The notes beneath the pieces are model-generated. The model saw only the letters and a list, made by a program, of their open reading frames with translations, was not told the origin of the DNA and searched no databases. From positions 36,828,001 to 36,892,000 of the forward strand of contig OX597814.1 in NCBI GenBank assembly GCA_951406725.2: a DNA stretch of 64,000 nt, read 5' to 3'. A program made the position numbers and the translations under genes. The stretch's first letter is position 1. Each line of letters begins with the position of its first letter. Positions 42,180-54,930 of this stretch are shown piece by piece. This stretch comes from Octopus vulgaris (taxonomy: Eukaryota).

Positions 42180-42355
42180 ATCGCTTGAGAACCGATGTTA
42201 GTGTGTTCACGTCCCCGTAATTTAGCGGTTCGGCAAAAGAGACCGAGAGAATAAGTACTAGGCTTACAAAGAATAAATCTTGGGGTCGATTTGTTCGACT
42301 TAAGTCGGAGCTCTAGCATGGCGACAGTAAAATGACTGAAGCAAAAAATGGAAAA
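42180..42355 (+). mobile_element. SINE 3' part (family C)
   Basis: Inverted homolog at 42400-42590. Confidence 0.75.
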
Positions 42356-42399
42356 ATGAATATATATATATATATATATATATTGATACACCTTTATGA

Positions 42400-42590
42400 T
42401 TTTTCTTTTAGTTGTTTCAGTCATTTGACTGCGGCCATGCTTTTAGTCGAACAAATCAATCCCAGAACTTTTTCTTTGTACGCTTAGTATTTATTGTATC
42501 GGTCTCTTAGACCGAACTGCTAAATTACGGTGACATAAACACACCAATATCGGTTGTCAAGTGATGGTGAGGACAAACACAGACACACAA
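42400..42590 (-). mobile_element. SINE 3' part (family C), tail-to-tail with previous copy
   Basis: Reverse complement of 42180-42355 with substitutions. Confidence 0.75.
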
Positions 42591-42600
42591 ATATATCCAT

Positions 42601-42636
<36 letters not shown>

Positions 42637-42637
42637 T

Positions 42638-42800
42638 GTGGGCTTCTTTCGATTTCCGTCTATCCAATCCTCTCACAAGGATTTGGTCGTCCCGAGGCTA
42701 TGATGGAAGGCACTTGATGAAGGTGCCACGCGGTGCGGTTGAACCTAGAACCACGAGGATGGTATGCAAGCTTCTTACCATACAACAACTTCTGCACCTA
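42638..42800 (-). mobile_element. tRNA-derived SINE, degenerate
   Basis: Reverse complement has GGTAAGAAGCTTGC...GGTTCAACC head. Related to 17750-17870. Confidence 0.65.
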
Positions 42801-42861
42801 TATGTACGCATATATATCGATGTATACATATATGCATATATAAATATATATATATATATAT

Positions 42862-43020
42862 ACTGGATTTTTTTCCTTCTCCGATGTTTCCGCCGAAGAG
42901 CTCCGCTCGAAACGTTAGACCCTCCGTCTTTCCTTCTTTCCTGAGCGTCCAATAATACTATATTTGTTCCACGTCCTCGTGTTGTTGTGTTTTCTTTTGT
43001 GTTTTCTTGTTTGGATTAAC

Positions 43021-43022
<2 letters not shown>
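42862..43022 (+). mobile_element. Penelope-like pLTR 3' fragment with hammerhead-like fold
   Basis: GTTT-CCGCCGA-A-GAGC-TCC-GCTC-GAAA-CGTT-AGAC (42886-42920). Organisation parallels 31725-31834 (-). Confidence 0.6.
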
Positions 43023-43058
<36 letters not shown>

Positions 43059-43234
43059 CAGGTCATCCCATAAGTTCTGTTCGATTTTATTTCTTTTAAA
43101 GTTGAATGAAATTTAATAGTATTTTAGAATGTCTAATGGAAGTAAAAATTATTTTTATACATTTGTGTACGTTTAAACTAATTAAATATTATTTTACAGA
43201 ATGATAGAATTGAAATTTCTTTGATTAAAGATAC

Positions 43235-45273
43235 CACATCATAGACAGGGTAGTTAAAGAACCCGGTATGGGTGGGGCCCTGATCAATTTGGATCAATGC
43301 AAAGCTTTCTATAGGGTAGACGATCGATACTTGGAGGCTGTCCTAATAGCGGCTGGTTTCGGTGGCGTTTTCCGCGACTGAATAGCTGCCTTATACAGAA
43401 GCATCCGTTCGGTAATTCGCATGAATGGACATCTATCGAGACCTTTCGACATTGCACGTTCGGTCCGTCAGGGATACCCCCTTTCGTTGCTTCTGTACTT
43501 ATTGTCTCTGGAGCCACTACTGCGGAAGCTGGCGACGCTGAGTGGCATCCTGCGAGAATTGGGATGCGGAACGAGCCTGTCTGCATACCTGGACGACGTC
43601 ACCGTCATAGTTTCAAGTCAGAAACTCATCGAGCTGGTCGGCGAGACACTGAAATACTACGAAGCAGTAACAGGAGCGAAATTCAACCGGGAAACGTCAG
43701 TGGGCTTGAGGCTCGGCACCTGGAGAAGCAAGCCCATGCCGTCCAGCAGCGCCTCCGTCGTGGAATGCTGGAACGTCGATCCGGTCTAAATGGTCAGGTC
43801 TCGTTTGGTCCGGACCTCCAAACGGAGACCTGGAACGAGTTAACGAATAGGGTGGCCACTCTCACGCGGCAATGGGCCGAGAGGAACAATCCCTAAAAGG
43901 CGGGGCGGAGGTGGCGAACACATAAATCGCGTCTGTCATCTACTACCACCTGACCATCGTGCCTTGTCCTGACCCTACCATCACAAAACTGGAGCGCATT
44001 CTCTTCCGCTCCTTGTGGAAAGCATGCGTTCCGATGGTCAGACTATCAGTTTGCTGACAACACCCATTAAAAGGAGGGCTGGGCATGCCGTGGTTGACGA
44101 TGCACAGACAAGCGCTGAGACTGCGACATCTTAGGCTCTTCGTGGACGACGGTGAACAGGTGTGTTCGCCATTTGTGAGACACATTGTCCCACACCTCGT
44201 CTCCATGATCGTACTGCAGTCGTGGATCAAAAAGAGGCCGACGAAGGGCGAATGGCACCTCATGTGTCGCGTTGCTCTAGTGCATCTATGCCGTCCCGGG
44301 TCGGCCTTAAGCGACTGCAACACAACTAAAACATTATATAGGGGATTAGTGGAGGGGAGGTACAACGACAAGCTCGGGCGAACCTGGGCGTCGACGAGGA
44401 ATACGTGACCCGCCTTGTTAAGACGACTTTCGGGCCGGGACCTATGGACAACTTCCAGAGATCCCTGGCCTGGCAGTACTATCGAGAAGCGCTACCCATT
44501 CGGGATAAGCTCTAGAGGTATGGCTCGAGAAACACCGGGCCGACCTGCCCGAAATGCGGTCAGAGCGACGAAACCGTTCTGCGCGCACTCGTACAGTGTC
44601 CAACCATTTTCCACCTGCGGGCCTATGTCGAACGATTGCTATCGCATGTCGGACGAGTCAGTTTATCAACCGAATTTATCGCTAATATTGCCACGCCCCC
44701 TTGTTTGAAACGGGAAGGAAGAGCCATTTTCATCGTACTTGTGGCTATGGCGAAAGAATGTGTATGGTAGACAGGTCTGAAAGGTCTAGAGACAAACATT
44801 TTCCTCTCTGGTGAATCTTTCTTCAACTTTTTCAGGTATCACTTGAAAAGGAAGGTGAGAGTAGGGAGGGAAGGTTTTTTCCTAGTGAATGTTTCAATAA
44901 AAGATGGGTGAATGTAGCAAGGATGGTACGTGTGAATGACGAAGCCACCTTGAGCATAATCCTATGAACCAGAAAAAGAAAGGGAAAAAGACAGTCACTG
45001 TAATGTGTTTATTGCATGATAATGTTACCCGAGGCTACCGTGGTCTTTTCCGTAGGCTTTTCTTTCCACGGACAAACCTAATCTGTTTTTCCTTTTACAT
45101 TATGACATTTCTGTAATACACGATCCCTATTGATCAGCTTCTTTTTTTTTCTTCCACGATCCCTTTTGATCGAAATTCTACTCCCGTGTTTTTTCTTCTG
45201 TTCCCAAAAAGAAAAGCTCTACTTTGTATTTTGTCTCTTCTGTGTTCAGCTCTTAGTGTCTAACAAAGAAACA
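43235..45273 (+). mobile_element. Tx1-like LINE, 5'-truncated, frameshifted
   Basis: Colinear with 61700-63815. RSVRQGYPLS, AYLDDV, C-terminal zinc finger region, 3' UTR. Confidence 0.93.
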
Positions 45274-45444
<171 letters not shown>

Positions 45445-45580
45445 TTGATGGGTTTTTTTCTCATGATCGCTTTTTATGGGAATTGTATTTTCCTCGTTCG
45501 TATTCTATTTTTGAAAAGAAAAGCTCTACATTGTATTTTGTCCCCTCTGTCTTCGTCACTGTAGTGCAAATAAAGAAACT
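45445..45580 (+). mobile_element. Tx1-like LINE extreme 3' fragment
   Basis: AAAAGAAAAGCTCTAC-TTGTATTTTGTC...TAAAGAAAC-TATCT shared with both longer copies. Confidence 0.8.
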
Positions 45581-45712
45581 TATCTATCAATTAACCTACC
45601 TACTTACCTACCTACTTACCTACCTACCTACCTACCTACCTACCTCCCTACCTCCCTACCTACCTATCTACCTACCTACGTATGTATGTATGTATGTATG
45701 TATGTATGTATG

Positions 45713-45744
<32 letters not shown>

Positions 45745-45969
45745 CAGAATAAAATTGCATTGAAGGAATACTCAATACTTCAGAATGAAGCAATATGTAA
45801 TTATAAAGGGAAAACGTGGTTGAAAGTTTAGGCTATGTCACCTCGTAAGTCTCTGTCTCACAAGTCACTATGTATACACACACACACTCGTACATACGCA
45901 CGCACTTATATATTTTCTTTTTCTGTAAATTTCAACTATATTTATATATGTATATATGTATACATACAT

Positions 45970-46010
<41 letters not shown>

Positions 46011-46135
46011 AACTTACTTGGAGAAATAAGAAAGTGACGCGACGCGTTCAATCATATAGTAACAATTTAACAAATAAAACATATGCATACATACATACAT
46101 ATATGCACATACCTACATCTATATGTATATATACA

Positions 46136-46174
<39 letters not shown>

Positions 46175-46177
<3 letters not shown>

Positions 46178-46348
46178 CATAGGACACCACAAATAAACGT
46201 AGAACACAACGAGAAACGAAAACATAAAATCAAACAAGGAAACATAATTCTTTTAACAACGAAAAAACAGAGTACAAGACAAACAATACAAGGAATATTC
46301 CCCTTCATCAGCAGCCCCTGGTTCGACTCAATTCGTGTTTCAAAGGTA
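46175..46348 (-). mobile_element. Possible Penelope-like terminal fragment in (TA)n
   Basis: CTGATGAAGGGG on - strand. Resembles 24760-24890. Confidence 0.35.
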
Positions 46349-46479
46349 CATATATACATATATATATATGCATGTGTGTATGTGTGTATGTTAAAAATAT
46401 GCATGTATAAATGTATGTGTATATCGATGCAAACACACACACACACACATATATACATATTGTCAGATTGAACTTATTG

Positions 46480-46517
<38 letters not shown>

Positions 46518-47035
46518 GGCGAGAAAGAGAGAGACAGTGAGCGATAGAGAGAGAGAGAAAAAAGAGAAAGAAATGGAGACAAAATAGCAAAGCGAATAGA
46601 AGAGTAAGAATATTTTTTTAGGAGGTAAAGCTAAATGGTTAATGTGGGATTACAAAACAAAAGGTGAGAGAATATTTTGATACAGTTGCCAAAAATATGT
46701 CAGTTGTATGAAAGAGTTATAGGAATAATTAGTTGAAGAATGCACTCAAGTGCAAGGCAGTGACAGTAAAGTTTGCTCTGTATAGTGTTGAAAAATGAAT
46801 ATCGTATTCAAACAGTTTCTGATCTGTGACTTCAATCAGTTAATTTTACTACATAAATAATTTTCAGTTCATATATACATGCTGCATATACGCAAGTATA
46901 CCTCACAAACTATTTCCCTTTGTCTCTCTCTGTGTATATACATATTTATCTACCTACCTACCACACACCTTCCCTCCCTCCCTCTCTCCCTACCTACTTA
47001 CATGCACACATACATACATACATACATACATACAT

Positions 47036-47137
<102 letters not shown>

Positions 47138-47355
47138 GTTCCTTCTCGAGCCATGCCAGGCTCAAATGGCCGGTTTTCCGGGGTTAGTGGCGTAGAAATT
47201 CCCTATCTGAACGGGACGCTGGATTACTCGTTTTTGCCATCTGGGTGGACTAGAGCAAGTTGAAATGAAGTGATTTGCTCAGAACACAACGCATCACCCG
47301 GTCCAGGAATCGAAACCACAACCTTACTATCATGAGTTCAATACCCTAACTACTA
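47138..47355 (-). mobile_element. tRNA-derived SINE
   Basis: Reverse complement has TAGTAGTTAGGG A-box-like and GGTTTCGATTCC B box, followed by GAGCAAATCACTTCATTTC core. Confidence 0.75.
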
Positions 47356-47667
47356 TATAGAATCAGTTACTTGAAGAAATATGTACCAGGTAGGTTTGGA
47401 TCATCTCTGTGGTTCTGGCCCGTGGTTGGTGAGCATGAAATAGGATATTTCGGTTGTGTACACAGTATAAGAAAAAAAAAACACTATGAATACAAAGCGC
47501 CAAGTGGCTGGTCCAAATCACCTGTTACTTTGAATAGTAAGTGGTTGGTATACTCTAAGTGTGTACGACAAGTAAATTCTCTTGTGTTATAATCAAATAA
47601 ATAATAACATGACTTTCTACACTTCAGCTGCACCTCTTCTGCCTATGGATTACACTGGACTCCTCTG

Positions 47668-47727
<60 letters not shown>

Positions 47728-48169
47728 CACACATATCTACTTACATTTATACACACGTGAGCATATATAGAAAGGTGTGTTTTGTTATCAGAATGAATTG
47801 GTGTGAGAGGGAGGAAGAGGAGGCTCATCAAATCGTTATTCTGGAAATACGAATATCACAAAACAATTTTGCATGTATACATACATAAAAAATTATACGG
47901 GAGATACATGGTACTTTTATTGATATGCACACACACAAAAGTCGACAATAGTGGTCTTTCACCTATAATGTAATGATGATGCTTACATACATTAATTAAA
48001 AAGATAAAAGCACACCAGCGCTTCCCATTAAAGCCAAAGAATGTTTGATTGACCACGAAGGTTTAAATAAGTAAATGACCACCGACGTATGTGTTTACAC
48101 TGTTGATGACCTTTTTATGAATTTATGGCTAGTAAAGTCAGAAATCTCAGGACACAATAAAAGTATTAA

Positions 48170-48388
48170 ATAATGGTTTGAAATTTTGGCACAAGACCAG
48201 CAACTTTAGAGGAGGAGTAAGCCGTTTATGTTTAACCTAGTGCTAAAACGGTGCCTCTTTCGTCAACTCCAAAAGGATGAAAGGCAGAATCGATCTCAGC
48301 GGAATTTAAACTCTAAACGTAAAGACGAACGAAATGCCGCTAAGCATTTTGTTAGGCATGCTTAAGAATCTTCCAGCTCCAAGCCTTA
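48170..48388 (-). mobile_element. SINE family A (tail type 3), degenerate
   Basis: AAAAGGATGAAAGGCAGAATCGATCTCAGCGGAATTTAAACTC core. Confidence 0.8.
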
Positions 48389-48452
48389 TATGAGTATTAA
48401 ATAATGAAAGCTACATTTTGTTGTTTTGCTTATATCAGAATATAAGTAGATA

Positions 48453-48531
<79 letters not shown>

Positions 48532-49288
48532 TTATTTGGCTTAACTAGGTGAAACAGCTATCAACATTTAACATTTGGATGGTCTAACATATGTCACTTC
48601 ATTGATAAACGGGAATTACTTTAAAATATTCAACTCTTTATTTTACAGTTCACTCCACTCAGGATATTTTATTCGGAATTATTACACCTTCTTTAACCTA
48701 TTATTTATTGATTATTTATATTCCGATCCCTACCACATCAGTTATTTACGATTTAGAACCGAACAGACAGGATAAAAATTACAGACGTTCTATTATATCT
48801 AACTTTAAGTAATGATAAACAAAATACTTCTGGTTTACAGTGATTTTTTTCCCGGGCCCATTTTAAAACGGAGATACTGAATTGTTATTATGTAATTGTT
48901 TTGTTTATTCGAGTTTAAACATTTCAATAATTATAAGAGACAATTAACGTTTCATGTATTCTGTTTTTGATGTTTCTGAAATTGTTATTGCATTTATCAT
49001 GGCTTTTATGTTGGTTTGTTATTGATAGTTTTCCGATAATTTTTGCGGTTTTTCTTTTTACTGAATGGAATACAACACTAACATAAGAAGCTCGATAATG
49101 AGGTTACAAAACTTATTGTATCAGAACACAGCATCATATTATCGAAACAGATGTTTCAACTACAGAATAGATATTCAAATTCGTAACTAAAAAGTTACCT
49201 GTTAGTATTCGTTGAGTACGTTTTCAAACATGAGAGCTTTTTCTTTTAGTTTTAGTAAGAACATTCGAAATACATGTAAGTTTATCTA

Positions 49289-50573
49289 CGAGGGGCGTTC
49301 AATAAGTAATGCCCCTGACCCACTTCCCATAGCAGTAGAGCAACGAAACTTGGCACAGTTATTAGTCTTTTTCTACATAGGAACCACCCGGAGTTACGCA
49401 TTTCTCCCATCATTTGATGCGGCTCTGGAGACCGTTTTTGTAGAAGAACCCAGTTGGTCCTCCAGCCTCAACGTGACTTCAGAAATCAAGGCTGCATCAT
49501 CTGAGAAATGCTTTCCTTTCAAAAACAACTTCATGATTGGGAAGAGGTGAAAATCAGAGGGTGCAAGGTCAGGAAAGTAGGGTGGATGGGGAGGAGTTCA
49601 TAGCCATACGCCTGTGCTTCTGATCTGGCGTCAAGCGAGTTGTGGACCGGAGCGTTGTCCTGCAGGAGGAGGATGCCTTTGCTGATCTTGCCCCGCCTCT
49701 TGATTTTGCTAACTTCTCTTAATTTCCTCAAAAGTGAAGCATAATAGGCTCCTGCAATTGTGGTACCCTTTGCCAGGAAATCTGTCATCACTACTCCGTC
49801 CTGGTCCCAGAAGACTGTGAGCATGACCTGCCAGCGGAGGGCTGCACCCTTGCCTTCTTTGGAGGGGGTGAGTCACGGTGCTTCAACTGCATTGACTGGG
49901 CTTTGGTCTCTGGATCATCGTGATGGACCCAGGTTTCATCCTGTGTAATCAGTCTTTTGAAAAATTTTGACTCATCTTGGCACATCTCCAAATTCACCCT
50001 CGAGCACTCGACGCGTTCTTGCTTCTGGAAAGGCGTGAGCAACCTGGGAATCCATCTGGCAGACACCTTTTGCATATGCAAATGGTCATGAATGGTAGTT
50101 TCCACAGACCCGGTACTAATCTTGACCTCATGGGCTATTTGGCGAATAATTATGCGTCGATATTCCAAAATGGCAGCCTCAACTTGACGGACAGATGCCT
50201 CATCAATGGCAGAAGGGGACGACCAGATATGGGAGCTGTTTCCACAGAGTTCCGACCATGTTTGAATTCACGATGCCAGCGTTTTACAAGATCATATGAT
50301 GGGGCATCATCACCATAAGTTACTTTCATCTCATCAAAAGTCTCCCGTGGTGTGCGTCCTTTCAAATACAAAAACCGGATCACTGCTCGACACTCAACAG
50401 GCTCCATTTCACACTTGACTCGGTTCAAACACCTGTAAATCAGAAACCTCAATTAATTAGAGTTGTAATTTGCCACTTACTCTATAGAGATATAAATGAT
50501 TGCACATGCAAAATTTCAGCTAGATCAAACAACTGCAAGTGGGTCAGAGGCATTACTTATTGAACGTCCCTCG
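49289..50573 (-). mobile_element. mariner-family (DD34D) transposon, full length 1285 bp
   Basis: TA-flanked 37-bp TIRs CGAGGG(G/A)CGTTCAATAAGTAATGCC(C/T)CTGACCCACTT with 2 mismatches. Confidence 0.96.
49350..50407 (-). pseudogene. mariner transposase with ~3 frameshifts
   Basis: MEPVECRAVIRF, WIPRLL, ITQDETWVHH, LLQDNAPVH, HPPYFPDLAPSDFHLFP. Confidence 0.93.
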
Positions 50574-51496
50574 TATGTTTAAGTATGCTTGTCTTTTTAA
50601 ATTATCACCTTAAATACTCCCTTTCTGCAGCCATCCACTTACTAAGCCGTAATCATTTATATGCTGCCACTTTTGATGAAATTTGTTTTTGAAAAAATTT
50701 TTATCCTATATTAGTAGTAGATTTATTACCATTCACTTAGGGACTAGTAACCAAATAAGTTGTGGTTCAGAATAGGTCACACGTGTGCTGAGGCTTGCTA
50801 AATGATTTTACATTTAGATATGACTGGGGTACTTATGTGTACACATGATTCTTGATTCTGCTTTTTTCCATGGATGCGTGTATTTCATTTATTTCCTATC
50901 GTATTTTCTACTGAAGAGGGGAATATCTATAGGATTAATACCGAAATTGATTCAATATAGAAATAACGAACTTTAAAAGAACAAATCTGTTAGCTTAATT
51001 TCCTCGATTTCAGCACGACGTGTATATACAGTGAATGTATATTGTAATGTGGAAATTGACGATTTAAAGTATGTTCTCAGCATATTGGCATAGAAATAAT
51101 TTTTCTGTTGCCCTTGTTTATAAGTTATATATATATATATAAACCATAGAAGTCATGGGTATATATATTGTTAGAAACACGAAATGAGAGAGTATAACTG
51201 TTTCCTTATACTGCAATATAGTGGTTTCGTTGTCAAATATGGGGTGGCAAATTTTGTGTTCCAGCATTTAATTACATTATTAAATATTTATAACTGGCTG
51301 AATACATGATGCATTTTTTAATTCAGTAAAACTCATACTTCCTATTCAGTAAATAAAACTGCACACTATAAATGTTCAACGCCCTCGACTTTCAAATATC
51401 ATAATTTTTTTTATGGTAACATGTTTTTCCTTTCTAATTCTGGGTGTTTGTTTTTATTCAGTTGCCGCAATAGATAGGTTAAATCCTGTTCTAAAT

Positions 51497-52375
51497 ACAT
51501 GGTGGTATTCAAAAGAAACCGGAACTTTGCAATATTGTTTTATTCACTTAGATTTAAAAGTTTACACTTTATCATCTTCAGAGTATTCTCACTTTGAAGC
51601 AATTTATCAATCCAGGTGCGGTTTCCACTTTTCGAAGCAGTGCTGGGACACTTACGAAATGATACCTGTCGTTTTTTCTTCACCTCTTCAACATCTACAA
51701 ATTCCGTAGCACCAGTTTTAGTCTCCAGTGATGACCTTCGAAATATGTTCTGGATCATCTTCCAAATGTTCATTCAGTTCACGACGCGCATTCAGTTGTG
51801 AGCGCTTTCGATCTTCCGTGAGCAAGCGAGGCACAAAACTGCTGCAACTCTTCATTCGCATTTCCTCGCTCAAAATTAGCAAGTGATCCAGGACACACCA
51901 GTCATGGCATGTTCATCAACTATTCGGTGACGGTCCTCGAAGATAAGTTTTTTAATTTTCGTGTTATTTCCATTCGTTCGGGAGGTCGAGGATTAACCTG
52001 AACGAAGTTGGTCTTCAAGCGACACGTGAACATTCCTAAAGCATGAACTCCACGTGTAAGCTTGTGCTTTGCTCATGGTAACGTCCTTTTAAGCTGTTTG
52101 AAGCATGAGAACTTTTCTCTCGCTGTTTTCTCCAGCAGAAAACATAACTTCACGGAAGCACGCTGTTCCTTCGTTTTAGCCATCGCAAAATTCAGCAAAC
52201 AGGGAGAAGCAATGAAAAACAGAGACGCACGACGTCGCAGTGCTACCTCACCCGACGCCGCCAGTCGGCAAACTGTTACCTAGGGTTGCATCAAGTGGTT
52301 CTAGCGGCGAAACCCTGAACAACAACGGTTTTGTCCCAAGAGAACGTTTCCGGTTACTTTTGGGTAAGCCTTCGA
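51497..52375 (-). mobile_element. Internally deleted mariner-family element
   Basis: Decayed TIRs CAAAAG(T)AACCGGAA at both ends. - strand reads MAKTKEQRASVKLCFLLEKTA. Confidence 0.7.
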
Positions 52376-53254
52376 ATAAAATGTTTACTCTATGGAAACG
52401 TGCCTTAAATAAAATATGAGAAAACGTGCAATTTGTGCAATGTGTTATATATCAGCGAACGCAAATATCAGATATCAGATATTATCTTCAGAATCTAGTA
52501 ACATATGGGAGTTTCATCTTTTCGGATGCATGGATTTATTGCATAAATACATTAGATTTTATTATGAGCATAGCATGAATTCAGACTGTTCACATCTGAG
52601 TTCTTTAAAGTTGAATTACTGGTATTTATTTTAAGATGAAGTAAATATTATCAGAAGTGAAATGATAAATTGATTAAAGTATTAAGAAGCATCATATAGC
52701 ATGTTTTAAATTTGCGAAGAAACTGTTCGCATGTTTTCATTCTTTGATGAAATCGTTTCCTTTTCACTTACGGCACTAATGCTTTGGAGAAACGTTTGAA
52801 CATTTAAAATTTCGTTTACACTTTCGCTAAGTAAATGGCTTTTGTGCCTATTTAAAAACTATCAATATAAATGGCTAAAAGCCGTAATTATTATTTGACT
52901 CACTTGGCGATTGCTAAAGAGCAAATATAAGCTCCTAGCACTTTTAAGTCCGTGACCGGATATTGATTTTCAGAAGTAGACGTTTTACCCATATTATACT
53001 GCACATATAAAAAAAAAAAAATTCGGTATAATCCGGTTTCCTTTAACTTAACGTCAAAGGGTAGACATGTTTACCACTGAAATCAGCTGTAATGTTATAA
53101 ATTTGACCTGTATTTTATTTACTCAGCGATACGTGCGTGTCTGTATTTGGTTTATTCAATGATAAAAGGGTAGAGAGTAAGGCTTTATGTTCAAGATGAG
53201 CAGCGTTGCAACCATAATGCTGCTATAATCATCAACTCCTCCCCCTCCGCATCC

Positions 53255-53283
53255 TGCTGCTGCTGCTGCTACTACTACCACTA

Positions 53284-53381
<98 letters not shown>
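53255..53381. repeat. (CTG)n-(CTA)n microsatellite
   Basis: Direct. Confidence 0.95.
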
Positions 53382-53382
<1 letters not shown>

Positions 53383-53824
53383 GAAACGGACTAAAAACGA
53401 ATGTAAAAATCCGTTTGTGTTAAGCTTCATAAGACGTAATAATTTAACAGTGTTCTTTTGGAAGTATATCTTAATATATATAAAAACAAAACAAAGCAAA
53501 ATACTTACTTAAAGGATATTGATTTACATCATTTTTTCTTAATTTTAAAACAGACGGTAGTCCAGACATTGATGTACTGGTTATGACATGAGAAAATCAT
53601 TTACAATTACATGTCTGAAGCACAAATCCTACTGTATGATCATCGAATGCTTTTATTTTCTATATCATTTACATACCTTAGCTATAATTCCTTGATATAA
53701 TTTTCAATAATAGTATTGAAGTAATCCGTGTTCAGATGCTTCTTACTGTCGCATTTAACTTTCCTTTCTTTTTTAAGCTATTATTCCATTATCCAATAGA
53801 ATATTATGATGTTTAACAACATGG

Positions 53825-54285
53825 AAATTGGAGATACAAAACAAAGTTTGGTAACTTGGAAGAGAAGGATTGTCTAGGTAAAAAATATTTAAGATGATTT
53901 GAAATCAATCATGGAGCTAAATAATGAAAAAATGTGCAGTACAAAATCCCAATATACACCGAATCTCATTCTGAATAGAAATAACGATACAGTAGTTTCT
54001 AAAATATTTTCCCATAGAGTTTGCCAACAGATATAAATATATAAATATTAGACTATAAAATTGGAGATACAAAACAAAGTTTGGTAACTTGGAAGAGAAG
54101 GATTGTCTAGGTAAAAAATATTTAAGATGATTTGAAATCAATCATGGAGCTAAATAATAAAAAAAATGTGCAGTACAAAATCCCAATATACACTAAAATC
54201 TCACTCTGAATTGAAATAACGATGCAGTATTTTCTAAAATATTTCCCCATAGAGTTTGCCAACATATAAATATTAGACTATAAAA
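53825..54285. repeat. Two-copy 233-bp tandem duplication
   Basis: AAATTGGAGATACAAAAC starts at 53825 and 54058. Confidence 0.95.
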
Positions 54286-54319
54286 CTCAGAATTTCGATT
54301 TCAGATTCACTTATATAGT

Positions 54320-54930
54320 ACTGGAGTGGTCAAAATGTCCGTTCTGTTCTTTTAAGCGAAAATGATACACAAGATTTAAACACAAAGCAAGTTATTTAAT
54401 CACTGATATAATTACGGCTTTGTTCCAGTATCTTGCTCAAATAATTTCCTATATTTAGAAGCGAAAATAAATTTCAGGTGAGTTTTATTTCCGGTTCAGA
54501 TATGAAAGCCCATCCATTTCAATGAAACAACTGAAAATTTGAAAGCTGAGAAGGTGTCATAAAACTTTGCAGTGAAGACCCTGGCATTGTAAAGACGAAA
54601 GTCAATGCCCTTGCGATTAGCACATGCTAGATGCTTCTGTTATATGGCAGCGTTTAATTCACCTAGCTGGTCACAGCACACATATACGCAAACAACTGCT
54701 TTGGAGATCGTTTGTGGTATTTTGCAGCGTTCATACTGGTTTTTATTCCATACTCTTATCGAACATCCATTTTACCTCCTTTCTCATCATTCCCATTAGA
54801 AAAAGGATCGTTTTCTTCACAAATCGTAGACGGAAATCCGTTGGATGAGGATAGCTTCATTCAGTTGACGTGAGACTAAAACGTCGAGGTTGTTGACGTA
54901 TGCAAGATCACGGAAATAGTTTTCAACATT
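54320..54930 (-). mobile_element. Highly decayed mariner-like remnant
   Basis: TA-CTGGAGTGGTCAAAA TIR-like end and weak transposase-like translation. Confidence 0.4.

Noticed and set aside
43038-43230. Possible mariner terminus (TCAGGTCATCCCATAAG) upstream of the Tx1 copy
   Set aside because: No partner TIR or transposase sequence is visible, so it could not be supported as a feature
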